The notes under the pieces are model-generated. The model was given only the letters and a program-made list of their open reading frames with translations, was not told where the DNA came from and ran no database searches. A program made the translations under genes and the position numbers. A stretch of 63,477 bases of DNA, filler included, from Sluysia triapertura (Eukaryota), in NCBI GenBank assembly GCA_046118255.1. It is 5 parts of 5 records of this genome, joined end to end, with 100 filler letters (N's around TTAATTAATTAA, not from the genome) between each part and the next. Parts side by side here need not be neighbours in the genome. Positions count along the whole stretch, not along the records: positions 11,444 to 27,229 come from JBJNIA010219139.1; positions 27,330 to 41,080 come from JBJNIA010022401.1; 3 more parts are not named here. One strand, 5' to 3'. Numbering within the stretch: position 1 is the first letter of the stretch; the number at the start of each line of letters is the position of its first letter. Shown here in pieces: positions 14,520-28,999 of this stretch.

Positions 14520-14825
14520 TCGTGGCCGTATAAAAAATGTGTCAAAACACTGCAGCTATTACGAAAAGTTTAGTGGAACTTCGAACATCAAACATTGATC
14601 GAGTTTTCGTCGAAAAGTGCCTTGTTTCAGCAGAAAGACCAGAAACAAGTTGAATAATGTGACAGTGTGGACTATTTCGATCAATGAAGTACTTTATGAA
14701 ATCTCACCAATTTGAGTCATTAGATGAAGTTTTCGATTTTTCGATTCAAAGCCGAAAGAGTGGTACTTTAATCAAATGAAGGAAGCTTGCAGCGTGGACA
14801 ATTATGGTCTTTATTTTTGAATAAT
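14520..14825 (+). mobile_element. Mariner transposase C-terminal remnant
   Basis: Fragments LFRSMKYFMKSHQFESLDEV / FFDSKPKEWYFNQM / DNYGLYF are typical of mariner C-termini. Confidence 0.65.
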
Positions 14826-15217
14826 AATCTTAAGAATCATTATTTTATCACGGCACACGAGCGTTTCCTTCAACCTGGTGTTATAAATTAATAAAGGTTT
14901 TTCTAAATCTAAATTGAAATCAAAGTTGATGAAGTAAATTTTGTGATACAATATTTTAGAACATGCATTTATACAAAGATATTAATGGTATTCACTCATC
15001 GACTTACAACCACTTTGAATATCCATTCAGGAAACCCGACAATTATGACCCAAATACAAGGCCACTTTCAAGTGACTTGTATACAACTTTTATATCTAAT
15101 CGCAGAAACATAAATAACGTTGGCATAAAAATGTTTCTTATTGCATCAAAAGCCTCAACTCATATCATATCATATCAACTCATAACAAAAATCATAAAAT
15201 AATCATAATACTAATTC

Positions 15218-15290
<73 letters not shown>
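15218..15290. repeat. Compound (AAT)n(AGT)n microsatellite
   Basis: Direct read. Confidence 0.9.
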
Positions 15291-17062
15291 TAACAATAAT
15301 TATTATTTCTAGTAGAATATGATGTAACACCCTTTAAATATAAAATTTCATTAACCCTTTCCGCATGGGTATATTTCGCAATATTGCACTCATAGGACGC
15401 AAAAAATCCGCGGGAAAATCGCGAGAAATTGATGGTGTACCCATAGTATAAAAGTAACGGCTTCGAAAAATATATAAATCCGAATGAAAGTAATGAAGCG
15501 ACGAGACAATCACAGTCAAAAACTTCTATAATTCTAAGTACGGAGTAGACGTGTGATACAAACCAATCCAAAATATCCTATCATATACTGTATACCAAAG
15601 GTGCTCAAACTAGTGGTCGAGCCCCGGATAGGAATGCGTTAGATTTTACAAACAAAGTTTTGTTTTTTCGTTGAATATTTTTTGTGGTTTTTACCAATTC
15701 AAGTAATTCCATAATTTACGTTCTTTATGTAGAACAATCATCAAGAATAAAATTTCAAAGAAATATACTTACAAATTCATAAAACAATTATACATGTGCA
15801 CTAGAGATGTTATGCTATTTGGTAGTTTGCTATTTTTTAGATGTTAATTAAAAATAATGATAGCAGAAGTGAAATATTAACAGACATAATATTGCATTTT
15901 TGATATAAAGAATTAAAATTTAATTTTGTTAATTTTTCTTTATCTATGCTAAATAATTAGACCTGCTGTTGTTCATAATATTTAATTTATAAGAAACAGA
16001 AAAAATACATTTTGTTATTAAAAAGGTACTTATTTTTATTAAGTTGGGAGCGCCAAAAATAAATATGCTGAAATGGGGACGCAACTTAAAAAGTTTGCGC
16101 ACCTTTGCTGTATACAACTGATATAGCCAAGCGCTAACATAAATAAACAAAGCCTATTCAACATATATGCAGCAACAATAAGAGTTTTTCGGCTATTAAA
16201 ACAAGAAAATTCATCAGAACGCTTATTGATACTACTTGGCTATCTCGCAAGTTACGCGGAAGTTATATTAAGGGGTGTTATACCCAATGAAATTAGTATA
16301 ACGATGCGAAAAGTCACATATGGAAACAATAAATAAATTGAAACATGAGATAACATTGGAAACGAAGGCAAAATTTTTGCTTAAATATATCATATGTCAA
16401 GGAACAGTCCACAAGTCGACTACTCATTAGATAATCTCATTTGAAAAATCATATTCTGAATAATTAAGATTGGAACTTAAATTATAGTTACCTGGACTAT
16501 TCAAATCTCTTCTCGTTGACCGTTGAAACGAATCATCTTCTGAATATTTTGAGTATTATTGTAAACATTGTAAGTTATATTTAATTAGGAGGTTTTCCTT
16601 AAATAAATCAAGGGATAATTAAAAAACTTAAAATATTTAATAACGCTATCATCGAAATACTAAATAAAATTTATTTTCACTATTAAGAAATACATTAACA
16701 AGACCCTCGATAGAAGTTATGTTCATAATTGGAGACAATATGAAAATCCTTAGGATACAAATCGTTGGTTGCAGGCGAATCCAGCACAAATACGTTTTGT
16801 AAGGTTTAATATATATTATATTTGTATGCATGTTCAAAAAGTAAATGTATAAAATAAAAACCAAATTCATGGATTAGAAAAGGATTATAAGAATATCATA
16901 AGCATAGATAAACTTTCGGCGCTGTGCTGTGACTTCTGATATATTATCAGATTCTCTTATGGCCTCTCTGTAAGAGGTCGCTCGTAAATGAATATTAAAG
17001 AAGTGTTTCAATTTGAATATAATTATTTTACTAATAAAATAAAAAGACAAATTCACACTAAC

Positions 17063-17570
17063 GTTTGAGGACTATTTAGTGAATTTTCTTGGGAATTAGC
17101 ATCTTCGTTTTGACGATTTTGCCGTTCACGAGACATACTTCGACGAATTGAACGAATAATTTGTTGAAGAATCATTGAATTCTCGTCATTATTACTGATA
17201 ATAAGGTCTAACAAATGACCGACATAATCCACTCCGTCTCCCCAATTGATTCCAATACCCGTTTTATGACTTTCGAGCATATTCTTATCACAGTATCCAT
17301 AAACTAAAGGGTATTGTTGGAAGAAAATCATAGATTTCGGATCTAGTTCCTTTAAAACATTATTATCTTCTGAATGCATGCTTAAGTCCGATTGATGATC
17401 TTTGGCCACTGAATCGAATTGCACTCCAGTCACTTCGTTACTGTTGCTGTAGCTAATATCCATAGGTTCACCAGACTTCTTTACTGAAATCGTTGTTGGA
17501 GAATCACAAAGAATGGCCTCTTGAGATGTACATTTTGGAGAAATATTAGAAATTTCTTTCAATTCTGACA
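17063..17570 (-). CDS. UBR3: Exon of UBR3-like E3 ligase
   Basis: 172-aa open frame bounded by TTTAG and GTTAGT. WGDGVDYVGHLLDLI resembles the invertebrate UBR3 'GDGxxxIGxxL' motif. A phase-compatible small exon follows at 16967-16914. Confidence 0.6.
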
Positions 17571-18314
17571 CTAAATTTCGAAAATTATTTTACGAAAGAA
17601 GAAAAATTAAATGTAGAACTTTACTTAAACTATTCCTGATCTACATTTGATGAATCATACTTTTGCAATAGATTAAGAAGTTGATTTTTGTAATTAATAT
17701 TTTCTTGCAAAATAAAATAATAAAATGTAAAAAGCAAATGTTGCTTGAATGAATTAAAAATTTTAACTACAGAAATAGATCTTAGTTCAATAACGAAACT
17801 TCAAATAAAAAGCTTTAGACGAAGAGCTTAAAGCACTTTAAGAAATTAACAAAAAAAATAAAGAGTGAATATTTATTCAGTGAATCTAAGATATTAAGAT
17901 AGTTTCAAAAGGAACCCTTTATTTCATATATGATATACACTTAAGAAAAATTCTATCATTACAACTTTAAAAATAATTTAAATTTATAAAATAGTGACGG
18001 TTTAACATGTCTTATTATCTTAAAATATTAGACAAAAATATGTCAAGCATCGAAAATCAAACTAAAATCAAAATAAAATCAAACCTTTACTGTAATATGG
18101 GGACGATAACAGAATTGATTTACCACCAGTTTGTAAACGTAATGCGTGCAATTTCGAATGGACTTTCAACAAAAGCGTTAAAATCGATTCATGATACAAC
18201 AAGAATGGCGACAAAACTTCATCTAGACCAGTCATATTTATTCCGAATTGATAGTTATCGCATTCCATGTGACTAAATCAAAAAATCAATGATCACACAC
18301 AATATTGTACATAT

Positions 18315-18900
18315 ACCGGGTGTCCAAAAGTATCCGAACCACAAACTTAAATAAAAATTAGATATCAAAAACGACAAATTTAATAGGTATATTTAGTATT
18401 TACAAATGTTCAACATGTCCACCTTGAATTTCAATACAAGCAAGACATCTTTTGACAAGTTTTCTTTGAAATCTGGCTCAATTCCATAAGATGAAATTTG
18501 GAAAGTCTGATGATTCTTCGCGAAATTGTGCAAAATTCTAATCCTTTATTCGGGTTATCCTCATGAATAAGATGAGGTCCTGCAAGGTACGGTGGAGTGA
18601 AGTTCGAGAAATGTTCAGCTCTTTCGATAGATTTTTTTTGTTCATCCTTGTTTTCAGATGAACAAACTGTTTAGGAGCATGTGACACAAGATTGAACTGT
18701 ATAGACCTACTCGGTACAGGTATTCTGAAGTTTGCTTCCCATCTTTCTTCAACATGCTTGTAGCTAGTCCTTGTACAGTAATTCTTAATAATGAAGATAC
18801 GTTCGTTTAAATCTAAAGAATGAGGTATCAAAATCAAACAATGACGTCTGAACAAAATCAATAAAAATACACAAACTATAAATTGCACCAATAGAATCGT
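18315..18900 (-). mobile_element. Internally deleted Tc1/mariner-superfamily element (DUF4817/rosa-like)
   Basis: TA-CCGGGTGTCCAAAA end. Minus strand has an N-terminal HTH-like segment (LNERIFIIKNY...VPSRS) and a C-terminal RCLACIEIQGGHVEHL. Confidence 0.7.
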
Positions 18901-20039
18901 TTTATAATCAATTTCTGATTCGTTGAGATTCTCTGATGGTAAAGATGGAAATTTATTATTTATTACAATAGTTATGGCAATACAAATTTAATTTATTAAT
19001 AAAAATATAAATTAATTCAATATTCAAATTATTAAATCTATTGACATAGACCATTGACAATCCTTAATTTCCATAAAAGAAAATTATTTTCTAAAAAAGT
19101 AAACTTATTAGTAAAAATAAAAAAGAACATTACATCGATTCCTATTAGGGCGGACTAAGGCCTAAGCAACCTAGGCACGTGACTAGGGCCCGAAAATTAG
19201 GTTTTTAATTTATATAATTAATTTTTATTTTTATTTAACTAAAAAACTTAATTATTACGAAACGTATCCATATTATACCGAATCGTTGATTGATGAAGTC
19301 GACAAGTGTGGCGAGAGTTCCCGTGTTTATGCATCCACACCCGCGACCGAGCATTTACTATGCAAGTGCTTAAAAAGTCGTGAGTGAAAAATAAGCCACT
19401 GATTCCTATTGGCCGATGTAATACTCAAAGTAAGTACTCAAAAGCGCTTAAAATAAATCATTCACCATAATATTTCTGAAACAGAAACAACTTTGCCTTT
19501 TTCTTGAATATTTCATAATCTTCCAGTGATTTGACATTCTCTGGTAGTACTGGTTGTATATTTTTAAGACAAACAGTATACAACCTATCATCTAGCTCTT
19601 ATTATCACTGTGGATTCTGTATAGATTATTATTATGAATCAATGAAATATTCATCTTGGATTCCAATTTTTTATTATTTCTAAAAGATATTCAGGACTTT
19701 TGTAATGTAAATTATTGTCATGATTTTGAATTCTATTCTTGCTTTTATTGGCAACTAATAAAGAATTTAAGAAAATCAATGAAGATGATTTAATAATGAA
19801 TATGTAGAAAATTTCAAAACCAGTTCTACTGACTCCCAATTTATCAACAATAATTGAATTTTCACAAGTTATTAAAGTTTTATTGAAAATTATTAATAAT
19901 TCATTATAATTCCGTCAAGTGAACAAGTGTCCGTTGTATTGTCTCATCCGTTACTTTTAAATAATTATAACAATTATAACATTTTTATTAAAACTGATTG
20001 AAAAAGCAATTTTACAACAATGGTCAAAGTTTTTATATG

Positions 20040-20730
20040 AGAATAAACTTCGTACATTGTATCATTCTGCTTACAGAGCCTATCTTAAGAATGAATTATG
20101 ATATTTTAAAGATTTTTAATAGCAAAAATGTGTTTTGATGGTATTGTTCGATATATCTGCTTCTTTTGATACAGTAGATCGTGGCATTATTTTGTGTACT
20201 CTAAAGAATGTTTTATGTAAAGAATAGAGTTACTCAGTGATCAGTCATGCATAGCAGAAAATACTATTAAAAAAACGTAAGAACTTGTATCAGAATTGAT
20301 AAAGTGGTTTGGAAACAAGTTCTTCAAAATCAATGAAGTCAGAATTTATAATTTTAAGTAATAAAAATAGTCACAATATGAAAGAAATTTAATTGTAGGT
20401 GGTAAGATACTGGAGGCGAAATTAAACATGAAGTATAAGCTGTTATTTGGATTCAAAAATAAACGGAAATATTAATTAAATATCAATTAAGGAAATTATC
20501 AAATATTCGAAAATTTAATAATAAAGAAATAGCTAAATTTATTGTTCATTCATTGATAACTAATAATATAGATTTTAATAATGGTATATTCTACTTAATT
20601 CCACATAGGAAATTGCAGAAATTACAATTAATGAATCAATCAACAAGAGTAAAGATCTCACAGCACCTTAAAGAATTATTGGTTATCAATAAAAGCAAGA
20701 AGAGTAGTATTCAAAATCAAGACTACAGTT
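20040..20730 (+). mobile_element. Decayed L2/CR1-group LINE reverse transcriptase
   Basis: Fragments YHSAYRA, VLMVLFDISASFDTVDRGIIL (LLDLSAAFDTVDH motif), KFIVHSLI and SQHLKEL..WLSIKAR, with many frameshifts. Confidence 0.75.
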
Positions 20731-23041
20731 GATTTTGACTTTATTATGGTGATTCAAATTATAAAAATTGAGAAACTAAAATCAATGCCTCTAAGATATA
20801 GCAATTTATAGAGAGTGATAAGATAGGTAATATGTTACTGTCAGAGAGTACACTCTAAGGTAATAATAATATGTTAATAATTTACATATTGATTTTAAGG
20901 TATCGAGCGAAATAGAATATCTCTTATTAAAATTATTAATATTGAAGTCCGATTGTGTTTAAGGCGTTTGTAAAATGAACATTGAGTCTTGCGGCCTCTA
21001 ACAAAAAAATAATTATTTACATGTTTAGTTGCCACCACAACCCTCTAAAATTATGTAAAATATCATTAAAAAACTTAAAAATCATTTTAAAAATATTTTA
21101 AAACTTCCAAATAACTAAAAAATATTTATTTTTCCAAAAAAGAAAATAAAATTTCGAAAAAAGAAAGTAAGCTTCTAAAAAAGGAATAGAAGAATCTAGA
21201 ACATGCCATCTATTTCTGTTGGTTGATGGCTAGTAAGTAAACTAGTATCAGTTCGATTACAAACAATTCCATTATCACAATAGTATCGCAATATCGTTTT
21301 TACAAATTTTATGTGAACACAATATCATTATCTCAATTTCAATTAGCTGAATTGCTTTATTTCATAATAACTATGGATTCATTAGTACAAGTTTATTGAT
21401 GTGGTATCATTTACGCAATCTGATTTTTCATATTTTAAGTGAAGATGGTTTATCCTCTCATCGGATATAATTTGGCAATTTGATTTCAAAGGACTTATTC
21501 AAATCATTTTATTAGTTATTTGGTAATGCAACGAATTTCTTAAACTTATAATGCAAAATATAGCTTTGGGGGCGATTCCACCTAAAAGAAACGTCTTATA
21601 TCTGGTCGAAGGCGGTCTATTAGGCTTTTAAAGAGTAATAAAATATTTAGTCAGGTAAATGACATTGCTTAATAACTATCAGAAAATTAATTATGTTTTA
21701 GCTAATTTTGAGTTAGCCTTTTTACGGTCTAACTTTAAATAATGATATTTTAAATTAGCTTTTTACGGTCGAATTCAGAAAAGCTTTATATAATATTTTG
21801 ATTTTAAGCTAGCCTTATTACGGTCTAGCAATGATAATTGATTTTAGTTTTTTAATAAACAACTTAAAACTTCCTATAAGGTATATTATTAAAAGAATTT
21901 TTATGTAGAAAAGTTCGCCTAGCAAAAGTAAGTACAATATAATAAAGATACACATGTTAATACTTAAATCTTAACGATTTCGTATTAAAGATTTTAATGA
22001 AAATATTAACTTATCCTGTTACGGTATAAGTATAAAATGAATTATTATTTTACGTATATTTTACTTCTCCCAGTTAACATTAAATCTTGTAATAGAATTG
22101 TGAGAATAGACGATTTAATGTTTTTCAGCTTACGGTAGTGTGTATTCTGCTAAACCTATTAGCCATATTGCTTACTTCTATTTTATTTAAACAAAATAAA
22201 ATTCCAATTTATTCTAATTTTTTATTAAATGTAAAAATAATCTAAATAATTTAATTTTATTAGATATAATTCAAATGATTTATTTGATCTATTAAATTTT
22301 GAAAATTAATTTTTTTTCAATATAATAAAAATAAATAATTTAATAAAAATAAATAAATACAATTTACAATGGATATAATAAATATAATTTAATAATAAAT
22401 GTGAATTAAGTCAAATAAAAATAAAATAAATGTTAATGTTCGCAGTTAGCGACTACTTGAGGACAGCATCATGTCCTTCACAGTAAGATTTACTATAAGG
22501 AGGTTTCAACCTAAAAAATTGAAATCAAAAAATACACGCAAATTAATTTAAGGAATTTTCAAAACCCCTATCTAGTGATGGGAACGTTTATAAATTAAAA
22601 TAATGTACGTTAAAATCAAAGATCTGTAAGATTTTGATTTCAAATTAATAGATTTTTAAAACATGATCTAATAACTTATCTTTTCTCTTTTTATTAGTAG
22701 TGTGCTGATATAATTAATATATCATTAATTAATTGGATTGATTATTAATTAATTTTTACATTAAAATTAACTTAGTGTTAGTTACAGATACGCCACCTTT
22801 ACGGCATACGTTGTTTACTGCAACCTGACCCTGCTCAATTTTATTTTGCCGTAGGTTAAGAGTTAAGAAAAATCACAACATATAATAGACTTAGTGATGT
22901 TCTATATTACATTAACAAAGGCTATTAGGCCGTAATTTTGGGTGCCCAAAACATAAAACAAACGATAACATGATAGATAATAAGTACTTAGATAACTCGA
23001 ACATTTCCAAGTCCTATATTATCGAGCAAAAAGTAGAGGTC

Positions 23042-23417
23042 TACTTTTCGATGGTATTTCAATTTCATGTAAAACTTGATTGCCAATTATATTTAAAATA
23101 TACATATCTGTATCCTTAAAGCTGTTTGATTTTAAAGCACACATATTCATTATGTGCAATTTTGAATGTGTACCAAAATATTTTAAATATACATCTTAGA
23201 ATTAAATAACGTTAAAGCTAAGGATATGTACAATTAAATGATGTTAAAATTAAATATGCATATGTTTTATAATTAAATATTGATAAATCTAAGAATGTGT
23301 GCTTTAAAATCGAACAGACGTATACCTTTCGATGGTATTTCAATTTCATGCAGAACTTGATTGTCAATTATATCTAAAATATACGTATTTGTCTCCTTAA
23401 AGCTGTACGATTTAAAA
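23042..23417. repeat. Diverged direct repeat of about 95 bp with an internal inverted segment
   Basis: 23042-23135 and 23323-23417 are near-identical. CTGTTTGATTTTAAAGCACA at about 23122 recurs inverted at about 23298. Confidence 0.8.
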
Positions 23418-26400
23418 CTAAATACGTAAAAGACTAAACTATACAAAACGCTACAAGGAAAATAGTTTAATAGATGCCTATTCAATTTAGAAAACAATGT
23501 ATTATTAATGGTCCCAGTGGATTGTAATAGTGAATTATAGTAGATGGAAATTAGGGAATTATAATAAATGGAAATAGTACATATTACAATAAATATCAGA
23601 AGTCTATTATTATCAAGTTTATTATTAAAGGACAATAAAATCTATTTTATGGGAGAAACGATAATTAATGTATATAAAAGTTTATTATTTTATTAACATA
23701 TATTGAATAAAAGGATAATAAAGTTTCTTATTAATGTATATATTTAATTGTTGCTTAATCTTTTATTTTTCAATTTGACATTAATGTAAACTTTATTTAT
23801 GTCATGATATTCAAAATTTTCTACAAATTCCTTTAAAGTCTTACATTTAAAATCATTATAACGTTTTACGGTTAGAAAATTATAAAAGGCGGTTAAAATA
23901 ATTGACAAATATAATTTTATTATTATTAAATACTATACAAATTCTTAAATTTAATGTTTCTCTTCTATGCACGCCAAGTAGCCTTATCATTAATTCAATG
24001 TCAAAAGTAAGATAAGAAAATAAATTATAAGTTGAATGAATAAAAGAATTACGTTACAAAACAGGATCTCGTTATCTGCATCAATAATCAGACGACTTTC
24101 TACTTTGTGACAACCCATGGTTTCATGTTCGATGGTCGCAGTGCTGACTCTTGTAAACATAATATCCTTGTTGTAATTTATCGGCAAGCCTACGATTCTT
24201 CTAGTCTTATAGTATGTGTTTCCGGTATCTCACGTTGTGCTTAATTCTGTTAATTTCTTTCGAATCAATTCGCGTTGGGTTTGGTTATATACATCATCTC
24301 GGTTGTGTAATTGGTAAATAGCTATTCTAATCGCCTTAACAATGTCTAAACTCTCTTTTGTAGTATTGATTGTAATGTTGACATGGATTATTGTCGGTTC
24401 TGTATAAATATTTAGAAGAAATACCTAGATTATCATCGTTCGTAACAAAACTACTCTTTAATTCCAATTGAAAACTGTCTAAAATCATCTAAATTCAACA
24501 ACTGACATAGTGCATAATCTGTAACAGTGCTTTGGGAAGTATTCTTAAAACGATTCTCAATCATTATTTCATCATGATCAGGTTGATTTTTCAAATCATG
24601 TTATTAACATTGGATATTTACATTTTGTATTAGTTGTAGCAGTCGATATTGAATTAAGAAGCTGTTTTAAATTATCATGTTCATAAACAAACATATTGGT
24701 TGTTGGTGCCATGATAATATTTTGGTGTATTTTATTACCAGCATAGTCAGTTGAATTATCATTATCGAGGGTGACAAACTCTTTTAATTGACATGTTAAA
24801 ATCTCTAAATTTGTTACATTAATAACATCATCAACCTGAAAGTTTTCATTATGTTGCGAATCCATTTTTGATTGACATTAATAATACTGATAAGATTTTA
24901 ATATTTCTGTCTTTTCTATTTTTTCGCTTGAAAGATTTTTGTCAACTTTGTTTTTTAAATAATGTTACTTTGAAAAATTTTTGTACAAAGCATTAACCTG
25001 ATTGGCTGTAAAAATTAATGATCACTATAACACTGATTGGACGACCAATACTAAAGACTGTAGACAGGATGATTGAAAGATGAGCCACCATCAACGTTGA
25101 CATGAATTTATATACAGTAATCAACAATGTCAGCATTGGTGGTGGTAGTTACTGATTTAGACAGTATATAAAATTAATAAAGGTTAATATTAACAATAAT
25201 AACAATAATATTGTTATTACCAATACTAATTTAAAATAAATATTTAAAGTGCATAAATTCTTTGTAAAGATCTATACATGAGCTTTCTTTGATGATCTTT
25301 AATTTCTTAACATATTCGAAGTTAGAGGCAAAGAAAGAATATGATATTTTATGATTACTCACAGTTCTAATGCCAACTCATTATTGTTAAAATAGCATTA
25401 GAAGTTTAAATGTTATCGAAATGTAGTTGATTAGGGCCTAAATACCTTGAAATATTACTCTGTGTTGTTCTGTAATGAGAGGTACCTTAATTTAAATACT
25501 TTTTAATGTAGTTTTATGATTTAGAGTCTTATTATGGTTTATATGTTCTGGACTGTGGATATAATTGACTTTAATAGATGAATTGTTTTGGTAAACGTAG
25601 AGAAGGTAAATGTGATAATGCTAAAATGTTAAAGAGTCTGATTTTATGTAGAATGTGTTGATTTGATGATTTTTGTAATGTTATAAAAAAAGGTGAATTT
25701 TTATAAAATTTGAAAGGTTGACCACCACAATATAACAAAATAACATAAACAGACGGTCGATTGTGAAGGTATATTAATATTTGGTATTATTTATTCGGTT
25801 GTGAAAATATCAACATTTAGTACATCAATATTTGGTTGTGAAGAAGATTGTGAAATACACTTGAAATTTGACAGAGAGGTTAAGTTATTAGACAATATGA
25901 AGACGCTGATTGTAAGGTATAATTTAATTATTTTCTTTGTAACAATTTTGATTTTAACATATTTGTTATTCAAAATATTTGGAATAATATTTTAATAATT
26001 ATAACATTGTTAAAATTTTTTAAATTTAAAATACATTTCGATTTGTAACTACATCATTTGTTAGACTTTAAAAAACATTTTATCTAACATTAAACTTTTT
26101 TTATTTTATTCGTTAGCGTTGATTGGTGTTTGATATCGTGTAACCATTCTATTCCCATTGTAAATATTGTAAATTTTTAGTTTTATAATCATCTACTACT
26201 TAACTATTCAGTTAACAATTCGAATTATCGTTTTTATATATTTTCATTGGTCTGAATAACAATTTTAAACCAGTTTGTTTTAGTTACTAGCTAGAGTAGA
26301 GGAAGGGAACTCTAATCCTAAAATCACATATCTAATATTTCACTTCCATCTCTTCCATCAGAGACTAGCGAACAGTAACCTCCAGTTATTATTATAAGTG

Positions 26401-26689
26401 TTAGAAGATAATTATCTTAAATTCAAGTTGTGATCTTAACATACATAAGTCAAGCCCTAAGTTTCAAATCATTACCGAAGTTAAGTTTTAGTATTTAATT
26501 TTATATTCTATTCTAACACCAATTATGTACGTTTGTACCCAAATATTTTTAATATTGATAACACTAGACTCAATACAAGTTCCGATAATATTTAGATTTC
26601 ATTTAAGGGCTGGCACGGATAATCCGCAAAATAATAATAGAAAAATAATGAAAAAAATGCTAGTATAATACAAAAATAATGAAAATATA

Positions 26690-27229
26690 TTCATTATGAA
26701 AAATCGGTAATTTTGGTTTGTTTAAGTGAATTTCTCAATGACTTAATATCATCTCGAATTTTTCTTAAAGATATTACATCGTTACAGTCGAAGCTCCAAT
26801 GATCAACGTATTCTAGTAAAGTATCGATAGAAATCGATTGGTAATATCTTCTACCTCACTTTCTGTCTCACTTTCATTTTCATTTGGATTTGAAATAATA
26901 TCCGTGTCACTTTATATCTGGAATCTTGATCAGATGAATCAAATTCTATCCATTTCTCAATATTTTGGTCATCAACATTTTCAAAGCAATTTAAATTTTT
27001 CATTAGTTCACATAATTTTGAAATGTTACATATATCAGATATGGAGGGCGTTGATGAATTATTTTTTAAATTAATAAGATTTAATATTATGTTGTCGTTA
27101 TCAAAACACAATTCGTGATGCGACAGTTTGACTACGACTTTGCAGTTGTTATTTCTAGATCTTTTTATATCAACGCTATGTTCGGTTTCTCGAGTGGTTT
27201 TATAAAGCTTTTGCTTAATACATAATTTA
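26690..27229 (-). mobile_element. pogo/Tigger-like transposase C-terminal remnant
   Basis: Minus strand has IEKWIEFD, an acidic tract and a terminal QTKITDF typical of Tigger/pogo C-termini. Confidence 0.55.
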
Positions 27230-27329
27230 NNNNNNNNNNNNNNNNNNNNNNNNNNNNNNNNNNNNNNNNNNNNTTAATTAATTAANNNNNNNNNNNNNNN
27301 NNNNNNNNNNNNNNNNNNNNNNNNNNNNN
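27230..27329. other. Artificial contig spacer
   Basis: N-TTAATTAATTAA-N. Confidence 0.97.
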
Positions 27330-27786
27330 TGAAGTGTTAAGGTAGTAGTTGTGAGTATTGTTATTTTATGTGATGAATTGTATGGTGGTTGTGGTTGCAG
27401 AGTGTGGTTGTACTGAATTTTATTTTAATTTAGTTAATTTAAATTTTGATTTACGGAGTTGGCCACTACAAATATATATAAATTCGTTTAATAAAGCAAA
27501 TTTCAAACAGCAAAATTATTGTAAATTAATTATATAAAATTTTTAAAATTAGTTATCATATTTTGAAAACTAATTTATATATTAAACATGTAAAATTAAC
27601 AAAAAATAATGATTTTAATCTTATTACCTTTTTCTTTTATGTAATTTCTGAGTAATAATTAAAATAAACTAAATTAAACTAAATGCATATTATTATTATT
27701 ATCATTATTATTATTATTAATGTTGGGATAAAGGCCTAAAGTGCCATTTGGTATAATTGAATAAAAATATAAAAAAATTGTTAGAC

Positions 27787-27859
27787 GGGACTGAAGCTCA
27801 GTGGGTAGAGCATCGAACTACGCAGCGAGAGGTCCCTGGTTCGATTACCTGTCAGTCCA
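27787..27859 (+). pseudogene. tRNA-like sequence (ACG anticodon, Arg-like); tRNA pseudogene or SINE head
   Basis: GGACTG/CAGTCC acceptor stem, A-box AGCTCAGTGGGTAGAGC and B-box GGTTCGATT. Anticodon and T stems are mispaired. Confidence 0.65.
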
Positions 27860-28999
27860 CTTTATGAAGTCTAACATTAATATTGCCATATTTTCATTTT
27901 ATGACAATACGTAATTTCTGAATTATAATTAAGAAAACTAAACCCATAAACTAAATGTATATAATAGAATATTATTATTATTATTGTGATGCCTGTACAC
28001 TAGCTATTGATTATCCAGCACATTAGCTATTGATGCACATTAACTATTGATTATCTATGTTGATGTAATTGTGAATTTATTAATTATTTTGTAATACAAT
28101 GAACTTTATGTTGATATAATTATGAATTTATTGATTATTTTGTACATAATTATTATTAAATTGTATGTATAAGTATTTATTATTTTATATTTTAAACAAT
28201 TTATTATTTTAAACAATATTTTATAATTTTGATGATTTTATAACGGAATTAATCAAAAAAATTACCGAATTTAAAGTAAGAGATTACATTATTTTCGATT
28301 AAATTTTTAAATTAATTAAGCCTTTAATATTTTATTAATTTGAATTAAATATTGTTTTATTAAAATATATTTGATAGACTAAAACATATATATATATATA
28401 TATAGGTACAAGTTTCATGACTTGACACAACAAAAAACGAAATAAAAGTTATAAGAAACTACCGCGTAGTATTGACATCAAGATTGAAGTTCAGATTCCA
28501 TTTTTATTGGCATCAAGATTGAAAAATCCATTTCATTTTTTTGTTCATTTTTTACGTTAGTTTATTTTAATAAGATATTGATATCGTTATGATATTACCG
28601 TATCATTTTACTTAAATTCATTTTTATAACTATTTAGGATCTTATAATAGATCCTTCGTAAAATCATCTTTTAGAATCACAAATAAATTTGGGGAATTGA
28701 TTGATTCCAACGTAATATAAATATTATTTTATAATTTGTTTCTAATATTTGATTTTGATAATAAACTTTTAAGTTAAATTTATTGTTTTTTGACTTACAA
28801 TAATTTTTATAGTTTTAACTATAAAATTATCACTTGAATAGATTTTGTTAGGTTATAAGTCTAACATCGTAAATTGATTATTCTCAATCCTATTTCAAAG
28901 GATCTTCGAAAAATCTCATTTAAATTATTAGATAAATTTTGTAAAACCGCATAAATACCTCCAGATATTTAACATACCTAACTAGCATTAAATTAAATG

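Noticed and set aside
21714-21830. CRISPR-like repeat-spacer array
   Set aside because: Eukaryotic context, only three short degenerate units, unequal spacing and no cas genes.
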